Numbered from the stretch's first letter, positions 49,011 to 58,238 are shown. The stretch is DNA of 64,000 nt from an uncultured Nitrospiraceae bacterium (GCA_963706325.1 CAVPLT010000004.1:224001-288000), one strand, 5' to 3'. Notes: generated from the letters alone by a model not told the origin. Numbers and translations: made by a program.

Positions 49011-49754
49011 TCAGCCCTTTGCGAAGGAGACGCGGGGGGTTTTTCTCAGATCCTGCACGAGGAATCGCATCGTGATGCCTGCCACTTCCACCACGTCTGC
49101 ATGCCGGAGAGCCTGTTCTCCTTGAACCGGCCGGCCGTTGACAAGGATTCGTTTGCCGCTCTCGGTCGAGTTCACCACATAGAGATCCCCTCGTCGACTG
49201 ATCACCGCTGCGGTTTTCGGGGCAAACCAGCCGGTGAGGGTGATCACCGCATCGTCCTGCGCCCCGATCAGCGAGACATGCTTGGTGAGGCGATACTGAG
49301 GCTGACTCGTCTTACCCGATAGGATCTCAATCAAACCGACCTTTTGCTCAGACGCCTCGCGTTCCCCGTCACGTGAGTCTGACACCACGATCGTGTTGTC
49401 GGTAACAAAGCTCTCGCTGGCCTGCGGGGCGACTACCGGCGTTGGTTGGTGTGCTCGAAAAATCAGACGGTGTGCGCCGACGCGAATACTGTCGGTATCT
49501 TGAAGCTGCCGCCGGTCGATTTTCTGCTCATTGACGAACGTCCCGTTGGTGCTACGGAGGTCTTCCAAAAACAGGACTTTCTGTACCTGGGAAATGCGCG
49601 CATGGTGGCCCGAGACCGCGACGTCTTCCAAACAAAGATCGTTATCGCTCTTTCGCCCGATCGTAAATGGCGTATGGGAGACCTCGATCTCCTTAATTCC
49701 GCCTTGCGGTGCTTTCACGAGGAGCGTGGTTGAGGGGGAGTGGTTCTGGGACAT
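49011..49754 (-). CDS. tandem FHA-domain protein
   Basis: First FHA domain IGRKSDND..VSGHHA..STNGTFVN; a second, degenerate FHA domain follows. Confidence 0.9.
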   Translation of the reverse strand: MSQNHSPSTTLLVKAPQGGIKEIEVSHTPFTIGRKSDNDLCLEDVAVSGHHARISQVQKVLFLEDLRSTNGTFVNEQKIDRRQLQDTDSIRVGAHRLIFRAHQPTPVVAPQASESFVTDNTIVVSDSRDGEREASEQKVGLIEILSGKTSQPQYRLTKHVSLIGAQDDAVITLTGWFAPKTAAVISRRGDLYVVNSTESGKRILVNGRPVQGEQALRHADVVEVAGITMRFLVQDLRKTPRVSFAKG

Positions 49755-49763
49755 AGTCGTTCC

Positions 49764-50600
49764 TTAGTATGAGTCGGTTGAAAGCGTAGCGAAGAGATGG
49801 GCGCGAAGCCGAAGCCACAGTCCTGGCCTGTTCTGGTTCAGTTTCGCGACGATGACGGTCGTATTGTCGGTTCCACCGGCAGCATTTGAGAGGGCGATGA
49901 GGCGGTCAGAGACGCTCTGTGGGGCGGGTAATTCAGATATGGCACGGAGGATGGTGTCCGTCGAGACTCCCGCCGTCAGGCCATCGGAACAAAGCAATAG
50001 GACATCGTCGTCCAGGACAGGAAGCTCTGCCATTTCGACCTCGACGGTGGCGTGAACGCCGACGGCACGGGTCAAGACATGTCTGTGGGACACGTGTTCG
50101 GCATCATCGGCGGCCAAAAGTCCGGACTGCACGTGCGCCTGTGCCAACGAATGATCGGTGGTCAAGCGGTGGAGCAGGTTGCCACGATGCAGGTAAAGGC
50201 GACTGTCTCCAACGTGAGCGATCGAGAGCACAGGCCCGACGAGCCAGGCAGCCACCACTGTGGTGCCCATTCCGCTGTATTCAGCGTGACGCCCCGCCTC
50301 TTGATGCACGGTGTGATTAGCCAGTCGTATGGCGCTAGCCAGGCGATTGGTCGCAGTGGAAAATTCAGGACGCGCCAGACCGACCAATGGGAGCGAGGGA
50401 TCTTCGGTGGCGTCTGCGAGATGGCGGGGAATGATCTCAATCGCGCGGCTACTGGCCACTTCACCCGCCCGGTGACCTCCCATGCCGTCGCAGACGATGA
50501 ACAGGCCGATGGAGGGATCGGCGTGAAACCGGTCTTCGTTGTGATGGCGGGCGAGGCCGACATCTGATGAAGCCCCATGTGTGAGCAGCAAAGAGTGCAT
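49764..50600 (-). CDS. PP2C-family Ser/Thr phosphatase (Stp1-like)
   Basis: NED, CDGMGGH, GMGTT, HVGDSR, CSDGL and GGTDNTT. Confidence 0.95.
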   Translation of the reverse strand: MHSLLLTHGASSDVGLARHHNEDRFHADPSIGLFIVCDGMGGHRAGEVASSRAIEIIPRHLADATEDPSLPLVGLARPEFSTATNRLASAIRLANHTVHQEAGRHAEYSGMGTTVVAAWLVGPVLSIAHVGDSRLYLHRGNLLHRLTTDHSLAQAHVQSGLLAADDAEHVSHRHVLTRAVGVHATVEVEMAELPVLDDDVLLLCSDGLTAGVSTDTILRAISELPAPQSVSDRLIALSNAAGGTDNTTVIVAKLNQNRPGLWLRLRAHLFATLSTDSY

Positions 50601-50607
50601 GGCGGAA

Positions 50608-52008
50608 TTATCTTGGCATCACTTGAAAGACATCCCGAAGGTCTTGAGCCATGTCACTGGCATGCCGGTATCGGTTAGGGATCTCTTTCTGCAGCGCTCG
50701 ATCCAGAATAGATTGGACCCGCGTCGGCAGATCACGGCGATATTTGAGCAATGGAGGGTGCGGAGCCTTCGCAATGCGTGTCACCAGCGCCGCCATATTT
50801 TCGGCATTAAACGGGCGTTCGCCGCTCAGCAGTTCGAACAACACCACACCCAGTGAGAATACATCCGATCTGCCATCCACATCCTTGCCGGTTGCTTGCT
50901 CAGGCGACATGTACCGGGGGGTGCCGAGAATCATTCGTGTCTGGGTCTTCGATGCACTGGCCATCTTAGCGATACCAAAATCCATCACTTTTACCAGCCG
51001 CTGCTTGAGAATCATGATGTTGGCGGGCTTCACGTCGCGGTGGACCACCCCTTGGCTGTGCGCGTAATCAAGAGCCTCCGCGACAGTGGCTACAATTTGC
51101 AGGGATTGTTTGGCGGGGAGGATCGTCGACTTCTGGCAATAACAGTTGAGGAGCGTGCCTTCGAGGTATTCCATGGCAATGTAAGCCAGGCCGTCCTGCT
51201 CCCCGGCATCGTAGACGGTGACAATGTTGGGGTGGGACAACCGTCCGGTCGACTCCGCTTCGCGAAAAAATCGATCGCGGAATTCTTTCAGATCTTCCTC
51301 GCGATCAATCTCATCCAGCCGCATGGTTTTGATGGCGACGAAGCGTTGGATCGTCGGGTCCTTGCCAAGATATACGACACCCATTGCCCCACGGCCCAGT
51401 TCCTTGACCACGTGATATCGCCCCAGAGCGGACGGCGCACCGGGGCGGACAACCTGGGGACTCGCTGGACGAGCCGCGAGAGGAGTCGCTCGGCCTGAGT
51501 CGCTAAGGGCTTCCGTTACGGTTGCTTCCTTTTCTTCTTTGTCCACGGGCCGACGACGAGGACGTCTGACGAGCGCGCGAGTCAACGCGTCGACATGCCG
51601 AACCCAGGCAAACGTCAACCAGGTGGCCGAGCCGATGAGCCCGCCGGTGATAAGCCACGTGTAAAGCGGTTGCTTGGGAGGACCGAGCACTGGGATCCCA
51701 TGGGCGTCATAGGCTCGTGAGGCAACGAGAACGATCACCAGAAATGCGGCTGGAAAAAGAATGGAACGGACGAAGGTTTGCCCTTTGCCGTTGTCGACGA
51801 GGTCTCGCCTCGCCCGTGCGGCGGCGAGCCAAATCATGGTGAGGCACAAGCTGTCCGCGATGAGCAGAACGGCCTGCGCGGCGTTCATGCTCAATGGCCT
51901 GACAAACGTATGCGCGAACAGTGGGAGAGTGGCCAAATACGGCCCTACCACGATAGCGAGGATGATGACGATCAAGTACGGGCCGATCCAGCCCCAAGAT
52001 GTTGTCAT
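50608..52008 (-). CDS. Hanks-type Ser/Thr kinase with an N-terminal 4-TM domain
   Basis: LGRGAMGVVY, VAIK, HRDVKPAN, DFG and GTPRYMSPEQ. Confidence 0.95.
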   Translation of the reverse strand: MTTSWGWIGPYLIVIILAIVVGPYLATLPLFAHTFVRPLSMNAAQAVLLIADSLCLTMIWLAAARARRDLVDNGKGQTFVRSILFPAAFLVIVLVASRAYDAHGIPVLGPPKQPLYTWLITGGLIGSATWLTFAWVRHVDALTRALVRRPRRRPVDKEEKEATVTEALSDSGRATPLAARPASPQVVRPGAPSALGRYHVVKELGRGAMGVVYLGKDPTIQRFVAIKTMRLDEIDREEDLKEFRDRFFREAESTGRLSHPNIVTVYDAGEQDGLAYIAMEYLEGTLLNCYCQKSTILPAKQSLQIVATVAEALDYAHSQGVVHRDVKPANIMILKQRLVKVMDFGIAKMASASKTQTRMILGTPRYMSPEQATGKDVDGRSDVFSLGVVLFELLSGERPFNAENMAALVTRIAKAPHPPLLKYRRDLPTRVQSILDRALQKEIPNRYRHASDMAQDLRDVFQVMPR

Positions 52009-52034
52009 GTCAATGATTCGAGCGGTTGTGTCTC

Positions 52035-52062
52035 AGTGTAACGGATGGTCCGAAGGTGTCAA
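52035..52062 (-). promoter_or_regulatory. sigma70 promoter of the kinase-PP2C-FHA operon
   Basis: TTGACA-N16-TACACT on the minus strand. Confidence 0.55.
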
Positions 52063-52145
52063 CGAAAGGAAGAAATGACGCACGGCCGCGCAGGTCGATG
52101 CGGTGTCTCGAAGAATGGTCAGGCCTGGGAAATGCGCGGGCGCGG

Positions 52146-52994
52146 TTAGGCCCGGGTGGCGGCTTTTCTGAGAGGATCGAGCAGTTTGTCGGAGACCTTC
52201 AAGTGGCCTCGCCCGACGCCCACTTCAATGTCGGGCTTGGTGATGCCATGAAAATCACTTCCGCCGGTCACGAGGAGGTCGCATTGTTTAGCAAGGTCGA
52301 GGTATTCAGTGGTTTGGCTGGGACTGTGCGTGCTGTAGTGGACTTCAATCCCGCCCATTCCGGCATCCTTCAGCCGGCGAAGCAGCATGCGCAGACCTTC
52401 GGCGGATGTCCTGACCCAGGTTGGATGGGCGAGGACCGGCACACCTCCCGCCTCACGAATCCACCGCACCGCCTCAATAGGGTCGGGGAGATCGCGATCG
52501 ACAAAGGCGGGACGACCATTGGCCAGGTACCGATCGAAAGCTTCCTTCGCTGAGGTGACGAACTTTTTCTCCATCAACAGGCGCGCGATGTGGGGGCGGC
52601 CGACGGATTCCGTACCGGCCAATGCACGCACTTCGTCGTAGGTGATAGGAATGCCCAACTCATTCAGGCGCTGGACGATTTTTGGATTCCGGGTATGGCG
52701 GCTGTCTCGCAAGCTCACCAGGCGCTTTGCCAGCAGCGGGTCGGTCCAGTTCAAGAAGTAGCCCAGGATATGAAGCTCACTTTCGCCCTGTCGCGAGCTG
52801 ATTTCGACGCCGGGGATGGCTTCAATACCCAGCTCCGCCCCGATCGCGATCGCTTCCGGAACACCGTCGACAATGTCATGATCGGTAATCGCCAGGGCAG
52901 TGACGCCGGCTTGCTTCGCGAAAGTCATCACCTCACGAGTGGAAAAGCTGCCGTCCGAATGGGTGGTGTGGAGGTGCAGATCAATACGACTCAT
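52146..52994 (-). CDS. PHP-domain phosphoesterase (TrpH/YciV-like)
   Basis: DLHLHTTHSDG, ITDHD, GRPHIA, LAHP and GGSDFHG. Confidence 0.93.
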   Translation of the reverse strand: MSRIDLHLHTTHSDGSFSTREVMTFAKQAGVTALAITDHDIVDGVPEAIAIGAELGIEAIPGVEISSRQGESELHILGYFLNWTDPLLAKRLVSLRDSRHTRNPKIVQRLNELGIPITYDEVRALAGTESVGRPHIARLLMEKKFVTSAKEAFDRYLANGRPAFVDRDLPDPIEAVRWIREAGGVPVLAHPTWVRTSAEGLRMLLRRLKDAGMGGIEVHYSTHSPSQTTEYLDLAKQCDLLVTGGSDFHGITKPDIEVGVGRGHLKVSDKLLDPLRKAATRA

Positions 52995-53920
52995 GGTGAT
53001 GTCTCAGGCCCCGCTTTCTGCGCGACTAACCGCGCGGTATAGGACGGTCCACTGCCATGGCCTCCGTCATGTTCACCTTCGTCGTAGTGGAGTATCCGCA
53101 AGGGAGAAGTCAGGCGGAGCAATTCATTGTGGGCCAGACAAAATTCCCAACGGCGCGGATGCTGATGGCGGAAGTAATTATCGATGGTAAACGTTTCGTA
53201 GAGAAGCACTCCATTCGGTTTCAGTGCGTCCATCAGCGCAGGAAACAACGGACGATGCAAATAGAAGAACACGATTATGGCATCGTAACAGTCTAGCCCT
53301 AAACTAGGGGGACGCTCCGTGGTTGGCTCTAAGTCCACGACTCGCGTGGTGAGCCCGGGGAGATGTCGAGTGTGAGCGGCAGCCTCCAACTCGGCCAGGG
53401 CCTCTGGGTCTCTGTCGATGGCTTCGACCTGCATGCCGTGAGACAGGAGATGAAGCGTATGGCGGCCACGGCCGGCCGCCAGATCGAGGATCTTGCCTTT
53501 GGGCAGTCGTCCAAGTTGTTGTGCCAGAAACGGTGCAGGCCTTGGTCCCGCATGGTGCATTGCGCGCGTTCGTTCGAATCGGACGCCGACCGAGCCGGCG
53601 ACCATGCCGAGGGGGGCGTGAAGTTTGCGTATCCAGATGCGGACTCGATCTACGGGAAACTCTGCAAACATCATCCCGAGGAGCTGTTCTGCCAACGCCT
53701 CCAACAATCTGCACTCCAGCGAGGTTCCGAGAGCCACGAGGCGCTTCGCCACCTGAGCATAGTCGATCGTCTCATCGAGTCGATCCGACAAGGCGGCGGG
53801 TTCTACCGATGCCTCTAACTCCAGGTCTACGGCTATGAGTTGCGCCTTCCGGCGTTCTTCGTCCGTCACTCCGCAGTGGCCGTAGAATTCCAGGCGTTCA
53901 ATGAAGATGCGCTCTGCCAT
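52991..53920 (-). CDS. folB: dihydroneopterin aldolase fused to a class I SAM methyltransferase
   Basis: FYGHCGVTDEER, DETIDY and LLEALAE, followed by LDLAAGRGRH and LKPNGVLLYETF. Confidence 0.88.
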   Translation of the reverse strand: MAERIFIERLEFYGHCGVTDEERRKAQLIAVDLELEASVEPAALSDRLDETIDYAQVAKRLVALGTSLECRLLEALAEQLLGMMFAEFPVDRVRIWIRKLHAPLGMVAGSVGVRFERTRAMHHAGPRPAPFLAQQLGRLPKGKILDLAAGRGRHTLHLLSHGMQVEAIDRDPEALAELEAAAHTRHLPGLTTRVVDLEPTTERPPSLGLDCYDAIIVFFYLHRPLFPALMDALKPNGVLLYETFTIDNYFRHQHPRRWEFCLAHNELLRLTSPLRILHYDEGEHDGGHGSGPSYTARLVAQKAGPETSP

Positions 53921-54049
53921 GGCGGCATTGTCGTGGATGGCCTTTCAGGCTGTCAAGCAAGGGGAAGGAGGGAGGGCGATCTATGGATCCGGCTCACTGC
54001 TTCCCCGGCGTGCGAAGAACTGACGCGCAGCATTCTTCGCGTCGAGCAC

Positions 54050-54120
54050 TTTGTACAACGCGCGGTTTCAGAAGACCCTTGTTGGACGCGCGCAGGGAGA
54101 GATCAATCAGGGCACCTTCG
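54050..54120. repeat. degenerate copy of a probable Nitrospira interspersed intergenic repeat
   Basis: caacgcgcggtttcagaagacccttgttggacgcgcgcag forms an imperfect hairpin and matches a repeat I recall from Nitrospira genomes. Single copy here; not verified. Confidence 0.4.
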
Positions 54121-54267
54121 GGTGAGTGACGTGGCGAGGTCAGCCTTTGAGGGAGAAAGTTTACAAGCAGAGAGAAATTAGAGTGTGAGGCCGTGGCAAC
54201 TCAGGATACTGGGCGGACTTTTGCGCGATTGAATGTCACATGGGAGCCGTTCGGACTCGGGCTCGGC

Positions 54268-54813
54268 TCAACGGTTCGGCCATGGCGCATGCCGCTTCAA
54301 TCCTGACAACAAGGCTGACAGGAGGTGCCTAGGCAGCGGCACGCAGGGCCATACATCACACAGACGTGTGAATGGTTGCCATACCCGTTGCACCGACAGA
54401 GGTATCGTCTGTGTTGAAATGTGATCACCGAGTTTGTGAGCGAGCCGGCGCGCCCTGGCACTTAACAACTCGATGACCTGTTTGGCTGTGCAGCCGGCCT
54501 CTTGGTTGAGCTGAAGGTAGCTCAATTCCGCCTTGTACACCCTCCGCTTCCGCCATGCCTGAGTCAGTCCCACAGCGGCCACGACGGTGAGAAGAACTGG
54601 ATTCGGCGGGATGGAGAACAACCATCGCCACCATTCGTAAAGGGCGACGACGGCAAGGCATGTTGGTAATGCGAGGAAATCAGCCCATTGGTATCGAAGC
54701 AGGCGCAAGCGTTCTTCCGCTGACTGACCCGGGGATCCCAACGGCTTCATTTGAAGAGGCGTGCGACGGTTTTTCGAATTGAATAATCGCGCCGGCCGGA
54801 ACATTGCGGACAC
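54268..54813 (-). CDS. membrane hypothetical protein resembling the N-terminal part of NERD-domain proteins
   Basis: RTPLQMKPLGSPGQS and ALYEWWRW..PPNPVL; AGGAGG upstream; no nuclease motif follows. Confidence 0.55.
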   Translation of the reverse strand: MSAMFRPARLFNSKNRRTPLQMKPLGSPGQSAEERLRLLRYQWADFLALPTCLAVVALYEWWRWLFSIPPNPVLLTVVAAVGLTQAWRKRRVYKAELSYLQLNQEAGCTAKQVIELLSARARRLAHKLGDHISTQTIPLSVQRVWQPFTRLCDVWPCVPLPRHLLSALLSGLKRHAPWPNR

Positions 54814-55046
54814 CTCCTGCTCTGAGCTTCGCGAACGTCAGGAGGCATTGTAAGTCAGGCCGGTTCATTGGAACAGAAAAGACAGATTTTTTGCAGCGCT
54901 CGTCCGATGTTTGAGTCAGAGGTGGCGCGCCGGTTTGTGCGGATTTTCGTACCCTATTCCATTTGCGCATGATTACGTGTATGAACGTGGAGCAATGATT
55001 TGTATGATCAGAGGCTCACTCACTCAACTATCGCAGGAGGCAGCTT

Positions 55047-55145
55047 ATGGCGAAGGGCATGCAACAGAAGAAGTCGGCCAAGAAGAAACCCGCCAAGACG
55101 CTCATGGAAAAACGTGCTGAAAAAAACGCGAAGAAGAGCCGCTAA
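55047..55145 (+). CDS. 32-aa Lys-rich small protein
   Basis: AGGAGG-N6-ATG; MAKGMQQKKSAKKKPAKTLMEKRAEKNAKKSR*. Confidence 0.8.
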   Translation: MAKGMQQKKSAKKKPAKTLMEKRAEKNAKKSR

Positions 55146-55381
55146 CTCGGCAGCCGACGGACATCCCGTCATCACCTGCGTCCCGAGCTCACGGCGGGGT
55201 TTATGCCGTGCTCGGAATGCAGATTGATGGCGGTGAGCTCACGGAGTGGGGTCGTGGACATGCCGACTCGCGGGACGCGCATGTATGGCTAGGACACGCG
55301 AAAGAAGGAGCGGGGGAGCATCGGTAGTGTAGGCGGCAAGGTATACGTATTACCGGCCCCAGGCCAGGCTGCGAGAGAAGC

Positions 55382-55900
55382 TCATCGTATTTTTTTCAAG
55401 AGGCCCTCGGCGACCGTCGAATTTGGATCGCCGCCCACGATCATATCCTTATCGCCGAAGTGAGAGTTCGATCGGGTCGTCACCCGCATGTTCAACCCCC
55501 CCGGCGCGAGAGTGTATTCGAAGAGGGCGACTTCCTGCCGCTGATCCATATAGCCCTGGCTCGCACGTTCAAAGGAGCCAGCGATTCCCACGGACAGCCG
55601 GTTCGTTTCATTTTCGAACGTCTTCACCACCATTCGTTGCACACCACCGCCCCGAGGTACGTATTCCACCATTTGCCCGATGTGCGACAATTCTACCTGC
55701 CGCGCGACACCTTTATTGTTCGTATAGGAATAGAGCGGGAAGCCCTGCGGACTAAAATCGACTTGGACTTCGGCCTGACTGCCGTCGGAGCTGGCGAGGA
55801 TGCCTTTCCATCCGCCGGTCAAATCCGCAGCGCCCACGGTGACAACCATCATCAGCAGGCACAGCGTCGTCAAGGCACCCGTACGCCCAGTAGCAGTCAT
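55382..55900 (-). CDS. secreted hypothetical protein, predicted beta-rich
   Basis: GAGGGGG Shine-Dalgarno; signal peptide ending VGA, then ADLTGGWKG. Confidence 0.7.
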   Translation of the reverse strand: MTATGRTGALTTLCLLMMVVTVGAADLTGGWKGILASSDGSQAEVQVDFSPQGFPLYSYTNNKGVARQVELSHIGQMVEYVPRGGGVQRMVVKTFENETNRLSVGIAGSFERASQGYMDQRQEVALFEYTLAPGGLNMRVTTRSNSHFGDKDMIVGGDPNSTVAEGLLKKIR

Positions 55901-55916
55901 GAACGCCCCCTCGCAG

Positions 55917-56093
55917 TTATTCCAGGCTCTTTGCCTCGAAGCTTTGAATGACCTCATCCTCAGCGGTATAGCTGATTTCAAGTGGATTGCAGCAGACCTC
56001 GCAGTCTTCGACGTAGGTGTGATGGCGCACCGAGAGGTCTAAGACCATTGAGATCTCTGCGCCGCAGGAAGGACAGGCAAAGAAGTGTTCCAC
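55917..56093 (-). CDS. CPxCG-motif cysteine-rich small protein
   Basis: Manual translation: MEHFFACPSCGAEISMVLDLSVRHHTYVEDCEVCCNPLEISY..SLE* (58 aa). Confidence 0.88.
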   Translation of the reverse strand: MEHFFACPSCGAEISMVLDLSVRHHTYVEDCEVCCNPLEISYTAEDEVIQSFEAKSLE

Positions 56094-56176
56094 AGCAGGG
56101 AGAGCCTACTGCAACCATCGGTGCGATGCAAACGTTCGACTGTGCCAGCCGGGCTTGTTCGACCATACGCCGGCCT

Positions 56177-57088
56177 CTACACCTTGAAGGGCTGTTGTCG
56201 GGCAAAGCGAGCCGCGGTTCCCAGCGTGAAAAGATTCGGTGTCTGGCTGGCCGGTAGCCCCGCCTTGATGGCGGCGTGGAACTTTGCGTAATTCCCGCGG
56301 TAGCCACCGTGATTCCACACCTTTAGCAATTGTTCCGTGAACGCGCCGTTGTGGTCGCCGTCCATGGAGGTCTGATTGTCCTGACAACCCGAGATCAGGA
56401 TCACCGACGGCTTAAACTGTTTTGCGATCGCAGTCAGCCGCGGGCTCACCGCAATGTGAGCGAGCATGCTGTCCGGGTCCGGGGCGGAGACTTTTCCCGC
56501 GGCTTCTGCCACGTCTCGTTGCACCTTGTCATAGAAGGTCTGATGCTCGCGATAGGTGCGGATGCCGACGGCAAGAGGCATCATTTTTGAGCGTCCGGTC
56601 GACAGGCCGCCGTCGCGTTGGGGGGGCATGGCACGAGTCACGGTGCCGCTATGGCAACTATCGGAAAGAACCAGGATTCGCACACCGGATGCGAAGCGGC
56701 TCAATTCGAAGTACAACTCGTCGTCGATGAGCTGGCCGTCGTAGAGACACCATGTTTCGTCCTGTTTATCTGCTTCCTCCCCCGTTACGTCGGGCACCTG
56801 GCCGCCGTGACCCGAATAGGTGAGGAAGAACAGGTCGCCGCTCACCAACCGCTTGGCCGCCTGTCGCATCGCGGCCAGTACATGGGCGCGTGTGCCTTTT
56901 TTGGTCAGCAGCAGGGTAGATTTCATGCTGCCAGAGTTCGCAACTGCCGCCATATCTTTCGCATCAAACTCACAGGCCGCGAGCGGGCCATCCCAGCCGC
57001 CGTATGCGGCCGGGCTCACTGCATTCAGGCCAATATGCAATGAAATGGCCTTGGCTTTGCTGGTCGAGGACGGACTGGTTTTTGACAT
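56177..57088 (-). CDS. caspase-family peptidase C14 (metacaspase-like)
   Basis: HIGLN, YSGHGGQ (catalytic His), SDSCHSG (catalytic Cys), SGCQDNQTS and GAFT; AAGGAG Shine-Dalgarno. Confidence 0.93.
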   Translation of the reverse strand: MSKTSPSSTSKAKAISLHIGLNAVSPAAYGGWDGPLAACEFDAKDMAAVANSGSMKSTLLLTKKGTRAHVLAAMRQAAKRLVSGDLFFLTYSGHGGQVPDVTGEEADKQDETWCLYDGQLIDDELYFELSRFASGVRILVLSDSCHSGTVTRAMPPQRDGGLSTGRSKMMPLAVGIRTYREHQTFYDKVQRDVAEAAGKVSAPDPDSMLAHIAVSPRLTAIAKQFKPSVILISGCQDNQTSMDGDHNGAFTEQLLKVWNHGGYRGNYAKFHAAIKAGLPASQTPNLFTLGTAARFARQQPFKV

Positions 57089-57154
57089 GCGTATCTCCTT
57101 GGGAGGGCGGGGACCCGCGCGGATGACAAGATCCAGAGCTTATAAGACGGGGAT

Positions 57155-57183
57155 ACCGTAATCTGTAGGGAGAAATCTGTCAA
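57155..57183 (-). promoter_or_regulatory. sigma70 promoter for the metacaspase gene
   Basis: TTGACA-N17-TACGGT on the minus strand. Confidence 0.5.
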
Positions 57184-57275
57184 CGGAGAGCCTGAGTTAA
57201 TGCTGGTACTTCACCGTGATTTGCGTAGTATCTGCGCGATGCCGCATGGTGTGCGTCTTAGGTGGAGTCTATACC

Positions 57276-57425
57276 CTAAGGTTCTTCGTCTTCGACATCC
57301 TCAATGGACTGCTGAAGCGCTGCCACGAACGCCACCGGGTCAGCCAAGTCGCTCTCTCTCAGTTGGAATTCGGAAACCAGCACACCATCTTTGTCGACCA
57401 CGATCAAACGGTACCCCTGTTTCAC
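57276..57425 (-). CDS. 49-aa acidic small protein
   Basis: GAGGAG-N5-GTG; MKQGYRLIVVDKDGVLVSEFQLRESDLADPVAFVAALQQSIEDVEDEEP*. Confidence 0.7.
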   Translation of the reverse strand: MKQGYRLIVVDKDGVLVSEFQLRESDLADPVAFVAALQQSIEDVEDEEP

Positions 57426-57624
57426 GTTCACTCCTCTTGTGCTTCAGTGCGACATCAGCTCGTAGCTATGACTCCTCACGCTCGACTGATGGGGATTCGT
57501 ATCGGGAGAATACGCCGTTGCGGTGGATGGAGACAACCCACGATGCCTCACTACCTGTTATCTTGATGTGGCTGGGTCTTCCGAGGAGTCGCTGTGTGAC
57601 CCGGACTCGACGGTCCCGCATGGC

Positions 57625-57654
57625 TTGACTCCCATTTTCCCCGGCTCCTATAAT
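57625..57654 (+). promoter_or_regulatory. sigma70 promoter of the moa operon
   Basis: TTGACT-N18-TATAAT. Confidence 0.7.
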
Positions 57655-57696
57655 TCGGCGATCCGGCCTCGGCAACCATCTGATTTGACTTAGAGA

Positions 57697-58191
57697 ATGG
57701 CTGAATTTACGCATTTTAATGAGTCGGGGCGGGCACGGATGGTCGACGTCGGGGCGAAGGCCTCGACCGAGCGTCTTGCGACCGCGCAAGCGACGGTATT
57801 TCTTCAGCCGGACACCCTGGAAAAGATTCAACATGGAAAAATCGCCAAGGGAGATGTCTTGGCTGTAGCTCAGGTCGCCGGGGTCATGGGGGCCAAGAAG
57901 ACGCCGGACCTCATTCCGATGTGTCATCCCATTCTGCTGACCAGCGTGGATATTTCATTCAAAGAAGCATCTCAACCGGATCGTGATGGGCGTTGCTCGA
58001 TCACGATTACGGCGACGGCCAAGACCACCGGACCGACCGGAGTGGAAATGGAAGCCATGACGGCCGCTTCCGTGGCCGCATTGACCATCTATGATATGTG
58101 CAAGGCGGTGGACCGGGGTATGAGCTTCGGCGACATCTGCCTCCTGTCGAAATCAGGCGGGAAATCCGGCACCTATATGCGTCCAGCTTAA
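57697..58191 (+). CDS. moaC: cyclic pyranopterin monophosphate synthase MoaC
   Basis: THFNESGRARMVDV, LIPMCHP, TGVEMEA, YDMCKAVD and KSGGKSG. Confidence 0.97.
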   Translation: MAEFTHFNESGRARMVDVGAKASTERLATAQATVFLQPDTLEKIQHGKIAKGDVLAVAQVAGVMGAKKTPDLIPMCHPILLTSVDISFKEASQPDRDGRCSITITATAKTTGPTGVEMEAMTAASVAALTIYDMCKAVDRGMSFGDICLLSKSGGKSGTYMRPA

Positions 58192-58238
58192 GCCGATCAT
58201 GAGAGGTTTTTTACGGGCAGAGAAGGTGGAGTCCTGAT

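Noticed and set aside
57560..57696. Possible Moco riboswitch upstream of moaC
   Set aside because: The predicted promoter leaves only about 36 nt of leader, too short for the motif.
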